Part shown: piece by piece, positions 50,571 through 58,708 of the stretch
Numbering within the stretch: the first letter of the stretch is position 1
Layout: every line of letters starts with the position of its first letter
NCBI GenBank assembly: GCA_035518115.1
Contig: DATIXY010000084.1
Location: 1,865 to 65,864, forward strand
Length of the DNA stretch: 64,000 nucleotides
Direction: 5' to 3'
Origin: Gaiellaceae bacterium
GTDB taxonomy: Bacteria; Actinomycetota; Thermoleophilia; Gaiellales; Gaiellaceae
The notes under the pieces: generated by a model
The model's database searches: none
Told to the model about the DNA's origin: nothing
What the model saw: only the letters and a program-made list of their open reading frames with translations
Made by a program: the position numbers and the translations under genes

Positions 50571-51968
50571 CTACGAGCCGAGGCGGAAGATGTCGAGCAC
50601 GCCACTCGTGGCGTGGTCGTTCGCGTTCCCCTCGGCGACCGCCACGCGGCCGTCGGCGACGATCGGGCTCTGCCAGTGCACCTCGGAGCCGATCGTGAGC
50701 GACGCCACCTGCTTGCCGCTCGCGGCCTCGTACACGTTGACCGCCCCGGACGTCGCGACGAACACGAGGCTCCCGGCGATTGCCGGGGACGTGCCGCTGG
50801 CACCGTTCGACCAGGCCGACCGAAGCCGCCCGCCGGCGAGCCGCCACGCCTGCGTCCCGGACTGGTCGCTGACGATCACCCAGGTCCCCTGCCAGACGGC
50901 CGGCTCGCTGAAGAGCGGGGCGCTGCCGGGGGTGGGCACCGTCTGGAGCTCGCCGCCCAGCTTCGCGTTCGGGCCGGGCAGGCGATCGAGCGCGAGTAGC
51001 CGCAGCTCACCGTCCTTCCCGCCCTGGACCGCATACCCGCCGGAGAGGAGCGCGGGGCTCGTCGAGCCGAGGTCGAGGTCGGCGTCGTTGAGGTGCTGCT
51101 GGTCGGCGGGCGTCCAGTGGCGAAGCAGCCTCGACGCGTCGGGTGAAAGGACGAGGACGCTGTCCCCCCAGTTGGTGCTGCCGTTCCAGGGCGCGTTGCC
51201 GGTGGCGACCACGAGGTCGCCCGTCGCAGGATCGACCGCTGCGCCGTTCCGCGACCAGATGGCGGAGTCGCTGGCGGAGCACGTGCTCGGGGTGATCAGC
51301 TCGTGGCGATCGGAGCAGAGCGAGTTCCAGACGTGCTGGATCGCGCCGGTGCGCTCTGACAGCGTCACCACGTGGCCCTGGTACGGCGGTGCGTCGCCGA
51401 TGTACCCGCCCGTCGTCACGAGCACCATCCCGCGCGAGACGTTGAGCGAAGAGGTCAGCTTCTCGTGCGTCGGGTCGCGGGTGACCGACGTCGTCCAGAG
51501 GACCTTGCCGTCGGAGATGCGGAGCTTCCGGATCTTGCCGTCGGGCGCCGCAGCGTAGATCGCCGTGCGATCGGTCGACGCGACCGGCGTCGCGTTGGTG
51601 ATCTGCGCGGTCCGGGCGAGCGACGAGTAGCTGGGCGGAACGTAGCGCCAGAGGACCTTCCCGTTCGCGGCGTTGATCGCCTCCGTCTTTCCGTACGTCG
51701 TCGTCACGAAGAACACGTCGTGCGTGGTACCGAACACCTTCACGCCGTGCAGGTAGATCGGAGACGAATCGACCGTCCCGTCGAGATGGACCTGCTGCCG
51801 CGTCATGTGCGAGACGTTGGCGGCGGTGAGCGTTCCGGCGGGCCCGACACCGTGGCGGGCCGTGTCGAACCCGAACCGCGCCCAGTCGGTCCCGCCCCCG
51901 GCCACCGACAGCGCGGTCGCCGGCAGCACGGCCACCGCAACGACGACCGCCGCGAGCGCGGCTCTCAA
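50571..51968 (-). CDS. secreted PQQ-like beta-propeller repeat protein
   Basis: The TTG at 51968 overlaps the upstream stop (TTGA). The signal-like N-terminus is LRAALAAVVVAVAVLPATALSVAGG. Repeated GKVLW-type blades follow (NGKVLWRY, DGKVLWTT, ...). The rest of the 977-aa track ORF is an out-of-frame artefact. Confidence 0.8.
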   Translation of the reverse strand: MRAALAAVVVAVAVLPATALSVAGGGTDWARFGFDTARHGVGPAGTLTAANVSHMTRQQVHLDGTVDSSPIYLHGVKVFGTTHDVFFVTTTYGKTEAINAANGKVLWRYVPPSYSSLARTAQITNATPVASTDRTAIYAAAPDGKIRKLRISDGKVLWTTSVTRDPTHEKLTSSLNVSRGMVLVTTGGYIGDAPPYQGHVVTLSERTGAIQHVWNSLCSDRHELITPSTCSASDSAIWSRNGAAVDPATGDLVVATGNAPWNGSTNWGDSVLVLSPDASRLLRHWTPADQQHLNDADLDLGSTSPALLSGGYAVQGGKDGELRLLALDRLPGPNAKLGGELQTVPTPGSAPLFSEPAVWQGTWVIVSDQSGTQAWRLAGGRLRSAWSNGASGTSPAIAGSLVFVATSGAVNVYEAASGKQVASLTIGSEVHWQSPIVADGRVAVAEGNANDHATSGVLDIFRLGS

Positions 51969-53554
51969 TGCGCGGCGAGGTCCGACGAGGAGACCCACGG
52001 GCCGGGCGGCGTCAGCAGCGACTCGGCGTGGAGGTACGCCAGGCCGGCGAGCGGCAGGTCGGCCCAGCGCTCGAAACAGAAGTACCGCCGCCGCCACTGC
52101 GGGAAGAACTTGCGGCTGAAGCTGTGCAGGCGTTCGAGCTGGAACAGCCGGTCGCCCTTGAGCAGCATGAACCGGGTCGCCCGGACGAACTTCGGGGCAT
52201 TCTCGTCCGCACGCAGGAAGTCGGCGAACACCGCGAAGTTGAGCGACAGCTCGGCGACGGCGTGGGCCCGCGCCCAACCGATCGTCTCCGTGATCAGATA
52301 CTCCATCAGCCCGTTCGGCGTCTCGCGCCTCCTGCGCATCGATGCCAGCGAGTAGCCTTCGCTCGCGGGCGACGGCACGAGCTGCAGGAAGCCGCCGACG
52401 ACGCCCGTCGGCCCGACGGCGACCGCAAGCACCGTGTCCGGGTACGCGAAGAGGGCGTCCATCGCCATCGTGAAGCCACGCTCGGGCCAGTTGCCGCGCC
52501 ACTCGCGCGAGACCACCTCGAGCTGGTGCCGCAGGGCGTCGTCGGCGTCGGCGACCGACAGCACCCGCACTCGGTACCCACTCTTCTCGAGGCGCGAGAC
52601 GGACTGGCGGACCTTGCGGATCGCGCGTCCGTCGAGTGAGAACTCGGACGGGCGGATCACCGCCTCGTCGCCCAGGTAGAACGACTTGAAGCCGAGGGCC
52701 GCATAGTCCTCGAGCGCCTCGCTCGCCGCGCCGGCCACGGCGACGCGCCAGCCCTTCGCCCGCGCCATCCGCACGAACTCGGCCATGAGCTCGCGCCGCT
52801 CGGACGCGTCCCCGATCGGATCGCCGGCAACGAGCGCCGTGCCGCCGACGACGCGGTACGCGAGAAAGGACCGGCCGCTCGGAGAGAAGACGTACGCCTT
52901 GTCGCGGCGCAACGCAAAGTACGCAAGGCTGTCGCCTCCGCTCTCGTGCACGAGCGCGGTCGCGCGCTCGTGCGCCTCGGCGGAGCAGGGCGTCGCGCCG
53001 GGCGGACGCAGCCACAGCCACAGGGCACGGAACGCGAGCGCACCGACCACCAGCGCCAGCGCCCGCACGATCCGGATCGACGTGTCGTCGGTCAGGTACA
53101 GCTCGCCGAGCAGGAGCACGGAGCACATGCCGATCGCGAGCGAGACCTGGACGAGCGGGCGGATCGTCGCCGGATCGCCGGGGGCGACGAACTGCCCGCG
53201 CGCCCGGAACAGCGCGAAGAGCAGCAGCAGGTGCACGGTTGCCTCCTCGACGTCGAGCCCCTGGGCGAGGTGCGCGACGGCGGATGCCGAGACGAGCGCG
53301 ACCGCGAGCACCCAGGCGCGGTGCTTGCGCCGCGCGAGGCCGCGGGCCAGCCAGATCGTCCCCACCCCCAGTGCGAGCACGAGCGTCCGGGCCGCGGCGG
53401 GCACGCCGGGCGGCAGGACGCCCTGTACGAGGCGCACGCGGTCGGCCATCTCCGGCGTCAGAGCCGAGACGATCGACAGCAGGCCCGCAGCGGCTGCCAG
53501 CCACGCGAGCAGAGTCGGGGTCGCCGGGCGGCGCACGTACCTCACGGTAGCCAC
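51965..53554 (-). CDS. MprF-like aminoacyl-phosphatidylglycerol synthase domain protein (TM N-terminus + DUF2156), no flippase domain
   Basis: 529 aa. About 5 N-terminal TM helices, then SLAYFALRRDK..F......FLAYRVVGGTALVAGDPIG...........F...A...GW..AV.GA and the C-terminal FFPQW..RY block typical of the MprF/LysX synthase domain. Confidence 0.85.
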   Translation of the reverse strand: MATVRYVRRPATPTLLAWLAAAAGLLSIVSALTPEMADRVRLVQGVLPPGVPAAARTLVLALGVGTIWLARGLARRKHRAWVLAVALVSASAVAHLAQGLDVEEATVHLLLLFALFRARGQFVAPGDPATIRPLVQVSLAIGMCSVLLLGELYLTDDTSIRIVRALALVVGALAFRALWLWLRPPGATPCSAEAHERATALVHESGGDSLAYFALRRDKAYVFSPSGRSFLAYRVVGGTALVAGDPIGDASERRELMAEFVRMARAKGWRVAVAGAASEALEDYAALGFKSFYLGDEAVIRPSEFSLDGRAIRKVRQSVSRLEKSGYRVRVLSVADADDALRHQLEVVSREWRGNWPERGFTMAMDALFAYPDTVLAVAVGPTGVVGGFLQLVPSPASEGYSLASMRRRRETPNGLMEYLITETIGWARAHAVAELSLNFAVFADFLRADENAPKFVRATRFMLLKGDRLFQLERLHSFSRKFFPQWRRRYFCFERWADLPLAGLAYLHAESLLTPPGPWVSSSDLAAH

Positions 53555-53572
53555 GAATTCGGATGCTTCTGG

Positions 53573-54256
53573 TTAAGACCTGCTGCCGAGCTTCTCGTCG
53601 CGCAGGAGGACGCGGCGGAGCTCGTCCTCCTTGCCAGGCTCGAGGATGGCGAGCACCTGGTCTCCCGCCTCGAGCTGCGTCTCGGAGTCGGGCACCTCGG
53701 CCTTCCCGTCGCGCACCACCGAGATGAGACGGGCGCCATCCGGCAGCTTGACGGCGCGGATCCGCTTGCCCTCGCAGGCGGCGCCGCGGTTGATCGTGAC
53801 CTCGACGATCTCGAGGTTCTCCTGGCGGAGCTCGATCAGCTGGATCAGCCCGTGCTCGGGCACCTCGTGCTCGACGAGCGCCATGATCGCGCCGGTCGCA
53901 GACACGGTCGGCGAGATCCCGAGCAGGTCGAAGTACGGCTGGTTGCGCGGGTCGTTGATCCGGGCGATCACCTTCGCCACGCCGTAGCGCTCGCGCGCGA
54001 GCTGGCAGATGACGATGTTGTCCTCGTCGTCGCCGGTCGCGGCGACGAGCAGATCGGGCGGCCGCTTGATGCCCGCACGCTCGAGCGTGTGCAGCTCGGT
54101 CGCGTCGCCGCGAACGACCTGATGCTCGAACTCGCCCTCGAGCCGGTCGAAGCGGAACGGGCGCTGCTCGATCAACGTCACCTCGTGGCCGGCGCGCAGA
54201 AGCGTGCGCGTGACGTTCGCGCCGACCTTGCCGCCTCCCGCGATCACGACGTACAT
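53573..54256 (-). CDS. trkA: Trk/Ktr system potassium uptake protein TrkA (RCK: TrkA-N + TrkA-C)
   Basis: The ATG at 54256 gives MYVVIAGGGKVGANVTRTLLRAGHEVTLIE (NAD Rossmann motif), and the C-terminal TrkA-C region (LEIVEV.I.....G..I....LP.GA.LISVVRDG). The track start is the GTG at 54265. Confidence 0.9.
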   Translation of the reverse strand: MYVVIAGGGKVGANVTRTLLRAGHEVTLIEQRPFRFDRLEGEFEHQVVRGDATELHTLERAGIKRPPDLLVAATGDDEDNIVICQLARERYGVAKVIARINDPRNQPYFDLLGISPTVSATGAIMALVEHEVPEHGLIQLIELRQENLEIVEVTINRGAACEGKRIRAVKLPDGARLISVVRDGKAEVPDSETQLEAGDQVLAILEPGKEDELRRVLLRDEKLGSRS

Positions 54257-54269
54257 GCCGGCCACCTTC

Positions 54270-54683
54270 TCACGTCGCGACCTCGGTCGACCGGACGGTC
54301 TCGACCAGCGTCTCGATCGCGGCCGAGGTCGGGCACACGATGCGCAGGCCCTTCTCCGCGTAGAACTGCGCCCGCGCCGGGTCGAGGATCCGGACGACCA
54401 CGGTCGGCACGTCGAACTGCTTCTGCGCCACCTGGGCGATCACGATGTTCGTGTTGTCGCCGTCGGTCGTGACCACGACCGCATCGGCGTCCTCGATCCC
54501 GCCCTCGCGCAGGAGCTGGAGGTCCATGCCGTGGCCGACCACGAAGCCGCCGGTCCAGTGCTCGCCCAGCCGCGCCAGCGAGTCCTCGTTCTCGTCCAGG
54601 ACCGTGACGTCCCAGCCCGACGCGGCGAGCTGGAGCGAAACGGCCGAGCCGACCCGGCCGCAACCGATGACGAGCGCCCTCAC
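54270..54683 (-). CDS. TrkA-N (RCK N-lobe only) NAD-binding protein
   Basis: 137 aa beginning MRALVIGCGRVGSAVSLQLAASGWDVTVLDEN. It ends before any TrkA-C domain. Confidence 0.85.
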   Translation of the reverse strand: MRALVIGCGRVGSAVSLQLAASGWDVTVLDENEDSLARLGEHWTGGFVVGHGMDLQLLREGGIEDADAVVVTTDGDNTNIVIAQVAQKQFDVPTVVVRILDPARAQFYAEKGLRIVCPTSAAIETLVETVRSTEVAT

Positions 54684-54707
54684 GACCCGGGAGGGTACAG
54701 CGGTCGC

Positions 54708-56600
54708 TCAGGTTGCCGCGAGCTCCTCGTCCATCACCGACTGGGGGAACGCGACGATCAGGACCTCGCAGGGCGCGTTGCGCAGGACGTAGTCCACCGT
54801 CGGCGAGAAGAACCGCGACTGGCGGCGCCAGCGGGGCGACGAGCCCAGGACGATCAGGTCGGCGTTCACGTCGCGCGCGTGCGACACGATCGCGGCACCG
54901 ATCGACCGTGCGCGGACGGTCGCTCCGTCGACGGTGACGCCGTGGTCGGCCCCGAGCAGCTTCGCCTCGGTGAGGGATTCGTCGGCCCGGTCCTGGTCCT
55001 GCTCGAGCGGCGCATCGATCGAGTTCGAGAGGTCGACGCGGATCACGTGCAGCGCCTCGACCGACGCGCCGTGCTCCTCCGCGAGCTTGACCGCGGTCGC
55101 CACCATCTCCTCGCCGATGATCCCGAGCTTCATCGGCACCAGGATCCGGTGCACGTCGAGCGCCGGCGTGACCGGCAGCTCGTCGGGCGCGCGGACGCGC
55201 TCGAGTAGGCCTTCGCCGTGCGACAGCCTGACGCTCACGAAGACCACCAGCCCGAGCGCGAGCCAGATCGGGCCGGCGTACCGGGCCGCGGGGTGGGTCG
55301 CCAGCGCCACGATCCAGACCACGAACGTCGCGATCGCCCCGACGATCGCCGGCAGCGGCAGCTCGACGCCGCGGATCGCGATGTTGAACGGCGCGCGAAA
55401 CGGCCGCGGCAGCCCGGGCTCGTCGATGCGCAGCTTGATCACCGCGAGCTGCGCAGCCGTGAAGGCGAGCAGCACGCCGAACGAGAACAGGCTGGCGAGG
55501 CCGGCGACGTCGTTCTTGACGAACGACGTGGCGATCACGAAGCCCGACGCGACGATCGCCACCGAGACGATCGCGATCGGCGAGACGTGCGCGCGCCGGC
55601 TGAGCCGCCCGAAGCCGCTCGGAAGCTGCCCGTGCTCGCCGAGCGAGTAGGCGAGGCGCGAGAAGCCGGAGATCGACGTGACGACCGCGGCGAGCAGGAT
55701 CAGTGCGCCGGTGATCCCGACATAGCCCCGCAGCACGTCCGCGACGCTCGACGGCAGCTCGGCGCCGATCCGGTCGGCGACGCCGAGCAGCGGTGCGTGC
55801 TCCCACTTCGTGCCGAGCTCGGTGTGCGGGCCCGGGAACGCCGACAGGGCGACGATCGCGATCGCGACGTACAGCGTGATCACCGTCACGAGGCCGCCGA
55901 ACACGGAACGCGGAAGGTCGACGCCGGGGCTGCGCGCCTCCTCGGCGAGGTTGGCGACCGTCTCGAGGCCCGTGAACGCGAGCATCGCCAGGGGGATCGA
56001 GAAGGCGATCGCGTGCCACGACGGGTCGGTGCCGATCGACGTGCCCTGCGTCAGCGCGTGGGGCGACCAGACGAGGGCGAACCCGAGCACGACGAGCAGT
56101 ACCTGCGTGAGCAGGTCAAGGGCGGGGATCAGGATCCCGACGCCGTACAGCGACGGCCGGCGCACCAGGCGCACCATCGCCACGCCGACGATCACGACCA
56201 CCGCGACGACCACGTCCCACGGGTTCCGGTCGAGCGCGCCGACGTGCAGCGCGCCCGCGAGGTAATGCGGCAGGAAGAGCGCCGAGAGGGCGATCACGAT
56301 CAGGTAGTCGAGGAAGAGCGCCCAGCCGGTGATGAACCCGGCGAGGTCGTTGGAGGCCCGGCGCACGAAGGTCGCCGCACCGCCCGTCTCGGGGAGCGCC
56401 GCGGTGCCTTCGGCGTAGGAGAGCGAGACGACGAGGAAGAGCAGCCCGACGCCGAGCAGGACGACTGGCGTGAAGCCGAGCGCGTTCGCCGCGATGACGC
56501 CGAGCGCGAAGTAGATCGACGACGCGACCTCGCCGTAGACGACCGAGAACAGGGCACGTGCGTCGAGCTCGCGCGTGAAGCCGGGGAGCTTGCGTGCCAT
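54708..56600 (-). CDS. APC superfamily permease fused to a C-terminal universal stress protein (USP) domain
   Basis: 630 aa. The APC core (ALFSVVYGEVASSIYFALG...GGAATFVRRA) covers about 12 TMs. It is followed by a USP fold (ILVPMKLG...LHVIRV...ADLIVLGSSPR....RFFSPTVDYVLRNAPCEVLIV). Confidence 0.9.
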   Translation of the reverse strand: MARKLPGFTRELDARALFSVVYGEVASSIYFALGVIAANALGFTPVVLLGVGLLFLVVSLSYAEGTAALPETGGAATFVRRASNDLAGFITGWALFLDYLIVIALSALFLPHYLAGALHVGALDRNPWDVVVAVVVIVGVAMVRLVRRPSLYGVGILIPALDLLTQVLLVVLGFALVWSPHALTQGTSIGTDPSWHAIAFSIPLAMLAFTGLETVANLAEEARSPGVDLPRSVFGGLVTVITLYVAIAIVALSAFPGPHTELGTKWEHAPLLGVADRIGAELPSSVADVLRGYVGITGALILLAAVVTSISGFSRLAYSLGEHGQLPSGFGRLSRRAHVSPIAIVSVAIVASGFVIATSFVKNDVAGLASLFSFGVLLAFTAAQLAVIKLRIDEPGLPRPFRAPFNIAIRGVELPLPAIVGAIATFVVWIVALATHPAARYAGPIWLALGLVVFVSVRLSHGEGLLERVRAPDELPVTPALDVHRILVPMKLGIIGEEMVATAVKLAEEHGASVEALHVIRVDLSNSIDAPLEQDQDRADESLTEAKLLGADHGVTVDGATVRARSIGAAIVSHARDVNADLIVLGSSPRWRRQSRFFSPTVDYVLRNAPCEVLIVAFPQSVMDEELAAT

Positions 56601-56765
56601 CTAGACCTTCCGCCGTGCGAGGTAGAGGCGGCCGGCGCCGGCCGCGATGAACAGTGCGCCGAGGAGGATGCCGACCCCGCCGCCGCGCGCGATCGTGATC
56701 GCGAGCATCGTGACGCCGAGCCCGACCATCAGGACTGCCAGCACCTCCACCGCCCTGATGCGCAT
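56601..56765 (-). CDS. 54-aa two-TM membrane micro-protein
   Basis: MRIRAVEVLAVLMVGLGVTMLAITIARGGGVGILLGALFIAAGAGRLYLARRKV. The ATG shares its A with the upstream TGA (TGATG), and its TAG is immediately followed by the next ATG (TAGATG). It is the tail of a spurious 1017-aa track ORF. Confidence 0.55.
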   Translation of the reverse strand: MRIRAVEVLAVLMVGLGVTMLAITIARGGGVGILLGALFIAAGAGRLYLARRKV

Positions 56766-58642
56766 CACGCCGCCTTCCGGCCCGCCGCGACCATCACGCG
56801 GCACGGTGCGTGCTTGAGCACGTAGTCGACGGTATGGCCGAAGATCGCACGATGGCGGCCGCGCGGGGCGCCGAGCACGATGATCTCCGAGACGCGGCGC
56901 TCCGCCTCGTCGACGATCGCGCGGCCGGCGTGCCGCGCGCGCACGACGCGCTCGACCACCCGCACGCCGTACGGAGCCGCGATCGCGCGAGCCTCGTCGA
57001 GCAGGCGGTCGGCCTCGGCGAGCTCTGCCGCCAGGTCGGCGTCGAGAGGAAGTTCGAGCGGGACGACGATCACCCGGAGAAGAACGATACGACCGGCGCG
57101 TTCGGTCGCCAGCCGCGCCGCGACCTCGACCGCGTCGTGCGACTCGGGCCCGGTCACGATCGGCACGAGGATCGACCGGTACTCGAGCGCAAGCGCCGGC
57201 CCGAGCGGGACCGGCGCGCGCGCGGTCACCGTCAGAGGGAGATGCGCGTGGAGGCGGTAGAGCGGGTAGAAGACGAAGCCGACCGCGAGCCATGCGAAGC
57301 CCGCGTAACGCGTCGCCGGATCCTGGATGACCACCACGAGCCAGGCAATGGCGGTGCCGAGCCCACCGAAGATCGCGAACAGGGGCCATGAGATGCCGCC
57401 GATCGTGATGTTCGGGTGGGCGCGCCACTGGCTCTCGCCGTCGCGATCCCGGATGCGCAGCGCGATCACCGAGGCCGCGGCGATCGTGAACGAGAGCATC
57501 GCCCCGAACGCGTACATGCGGCCGAGAAAGTCGACCTGGCCGGAGATCAGGAAGATCGTCGGCCCGATCGCGCCGAACACGACCAGCGCGAGCCACGGCG
57601 TCTTCAGCTTCGGGTGCAACCGCCGGAACACCTCCGGCAGCTGGCGATGGCTGGACATCGCGTACGTGATTCGCGATGCGCCGATCACGCCGGCGTTCGT
57701 CGCAATGAAGAGAATCGTCGCGGCGAGGATGCCGACGTACACCTTTGCGGTCGAGAGCGTGAAGCCGTGCAGGCCGAGGTTCTCGACGAGCCCGAGCACC
57801 GGGTCGTTCTTGAACCCTTCCGGTGGGGCCTGACCGAGCCTCGTCACGTACTCCCCGCCCACGTGCACGACCGGCATCGCCGAGAGCGCGATGAACGGGA
57901 GCGTGAAGTAGATCGCGAACACGGCGATCGCGACCCACGAGATCGCACGGGGGATCGACCGCACCGGGTCGCGCGCCTCCTCGGCGAGGTTGGAGACCGT
58001 CTCGATCCCCGTGTACGCGATCATCGCGACCGGGATCGCGAGCAGGAAGTTGCTCCACGTCGGCGCCACGCCCAGGTGCACGTTGTGGACGAGCACGTGC
58101 GGGCTGAAGATCAGGAAGAACCCGAGCGTGACGAGCAGCAGCTGCGTGGCGAAGTCGATGACGGCGAGGAAGATGTTGAGCCCCGCCGCCTCCTTGATCC
58201 CGATGATGTTGATCCCGACGAGCAGCCAGGTCAGCGTGATCCCGACGACGATGTCCCAGGGGTTCGTGCGCAGCGGCTCCCAGAAGATCGAGAGGTAGTG
58301 CGGCACGAAGATCACCGAGATCGCGACGGTGATCACGTAGTTGAGCATCTGCGCCCAGGCCGCCCCGAAGGAGACGAGCTCGTTGAACGCGTGGCGGGCA
58401 AAGCTCGACGAGCCGCCCGCCTCGGGGAAGCGAACGGTGCCCTCGGCGTACGTCGCGGCGATCGCCGCGAAGATGATCCCGCTGATGATGAAGACGATCG
58501 GGGTGAGGCCGAGCGCGATGCCGGCGGTCAGCCCGAGCGCGTAGTAGATCGACGAGCCGACGTTGCCGTACGCGGTGGAGAAGAGCGCGGGTGCGCCCAG
58601 CACCCGTTCGAGGCCATGTGCTTGTCGGCGCCGCCTGGGCAC
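56765..58642 (-). CDS. APC superfamily permease fused to a C-terminal USP domain (paralog of 54708-56600)
   Basis: 625 aa with ALFSTAYGNVGSSIYYALG...GGSSSFARHA. The C-terminal USP is ILVPIVTG...RVIVVP...SEIIVLGAPRGR.RAIFGHTVDYVLKHAPCRVMV. Confidence 0.9.
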   Translation of the reverse strand: MPRRRRQAHGLERVLGAPALFSTAYGNVGSSIYYALGLTAGIALGLTPIVFIISGIIFAAIAATYAEGTVRFPEAGGSSSFARHAFNELVSFGAAWAQMLNYVITVAISVIFVPHYLSIFWEPLRTNPWDIVVGITLTWLLVGINIIGIKEAAGLNIFLAVIDFATQLLLVTLGFFLIFSPHVLVHNVHLGVAPTWSNFLLAIPVAMIAYTGIETVSNLAEEARDPVRSIPRAISWVAIAVFAIYFTLPFIALSAMPVVHVGGEYVTRLGQAPPEGFKNDPVLGLVENLGLHGFTLSTAKVYVGILAATILFIATNAGVIGASRITYAMSSHRQLPEVFRRLHPKLKTPWLALVVFGAIGPTIFLISGQVDFLGRMYAFGAMLSFTIAAASVIALRIRDRDGESQWRAHPNITIGGISWPLFAIFGGLGTAIAWLVVVIQDPATRYAGFAWLAVGFVFYPLYRLHAHLPLTVTARAPVPLGPALALEYRSILVPIVTGPESHDAVEVAARLATERAGRIVLLRVIVVPLELPLDADLAAELAEADRLLDEARAIAAPYGVRVVERVVRARHAGRAIVDEAERRVSEIIVLGAPRGRHRAIFGHTVDYVLKHAPCRVMVAAGRKAA

Positions 58643-58674
58643 GGCCAGAGATGCTAGGGGCTGGCGCGGAGGAA

Positions 58675-58702
58675 GGTGCCTGGCACCCAGGTGCCGGGCA
58701 CC
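58675..58702. repeat. tandem pair of 13-bp palindromes
   Basis: GGTGCCtGGCACC (58675-87), then ca, then GGTGCCgGGCACC (58690-702), in the 66-bp gap between the kimA-like stop and the APC-USP start. Confidence 0.5.
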
Positions 58703-58708
58703 GGACGC

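Noticed and set aside
51969-53504. N-terminal part of the 977-aa ORF 50571-53504, and most of the 1017-aa ORF 56601-59654
   Set aside because: Both are out-of-frame overlaps of the MprF-like and APC-USP/KimA-like genes. Only the C-terminal segments are protein-like (the beta-propeller from 51968 and the 54-aa peptide from 56765).
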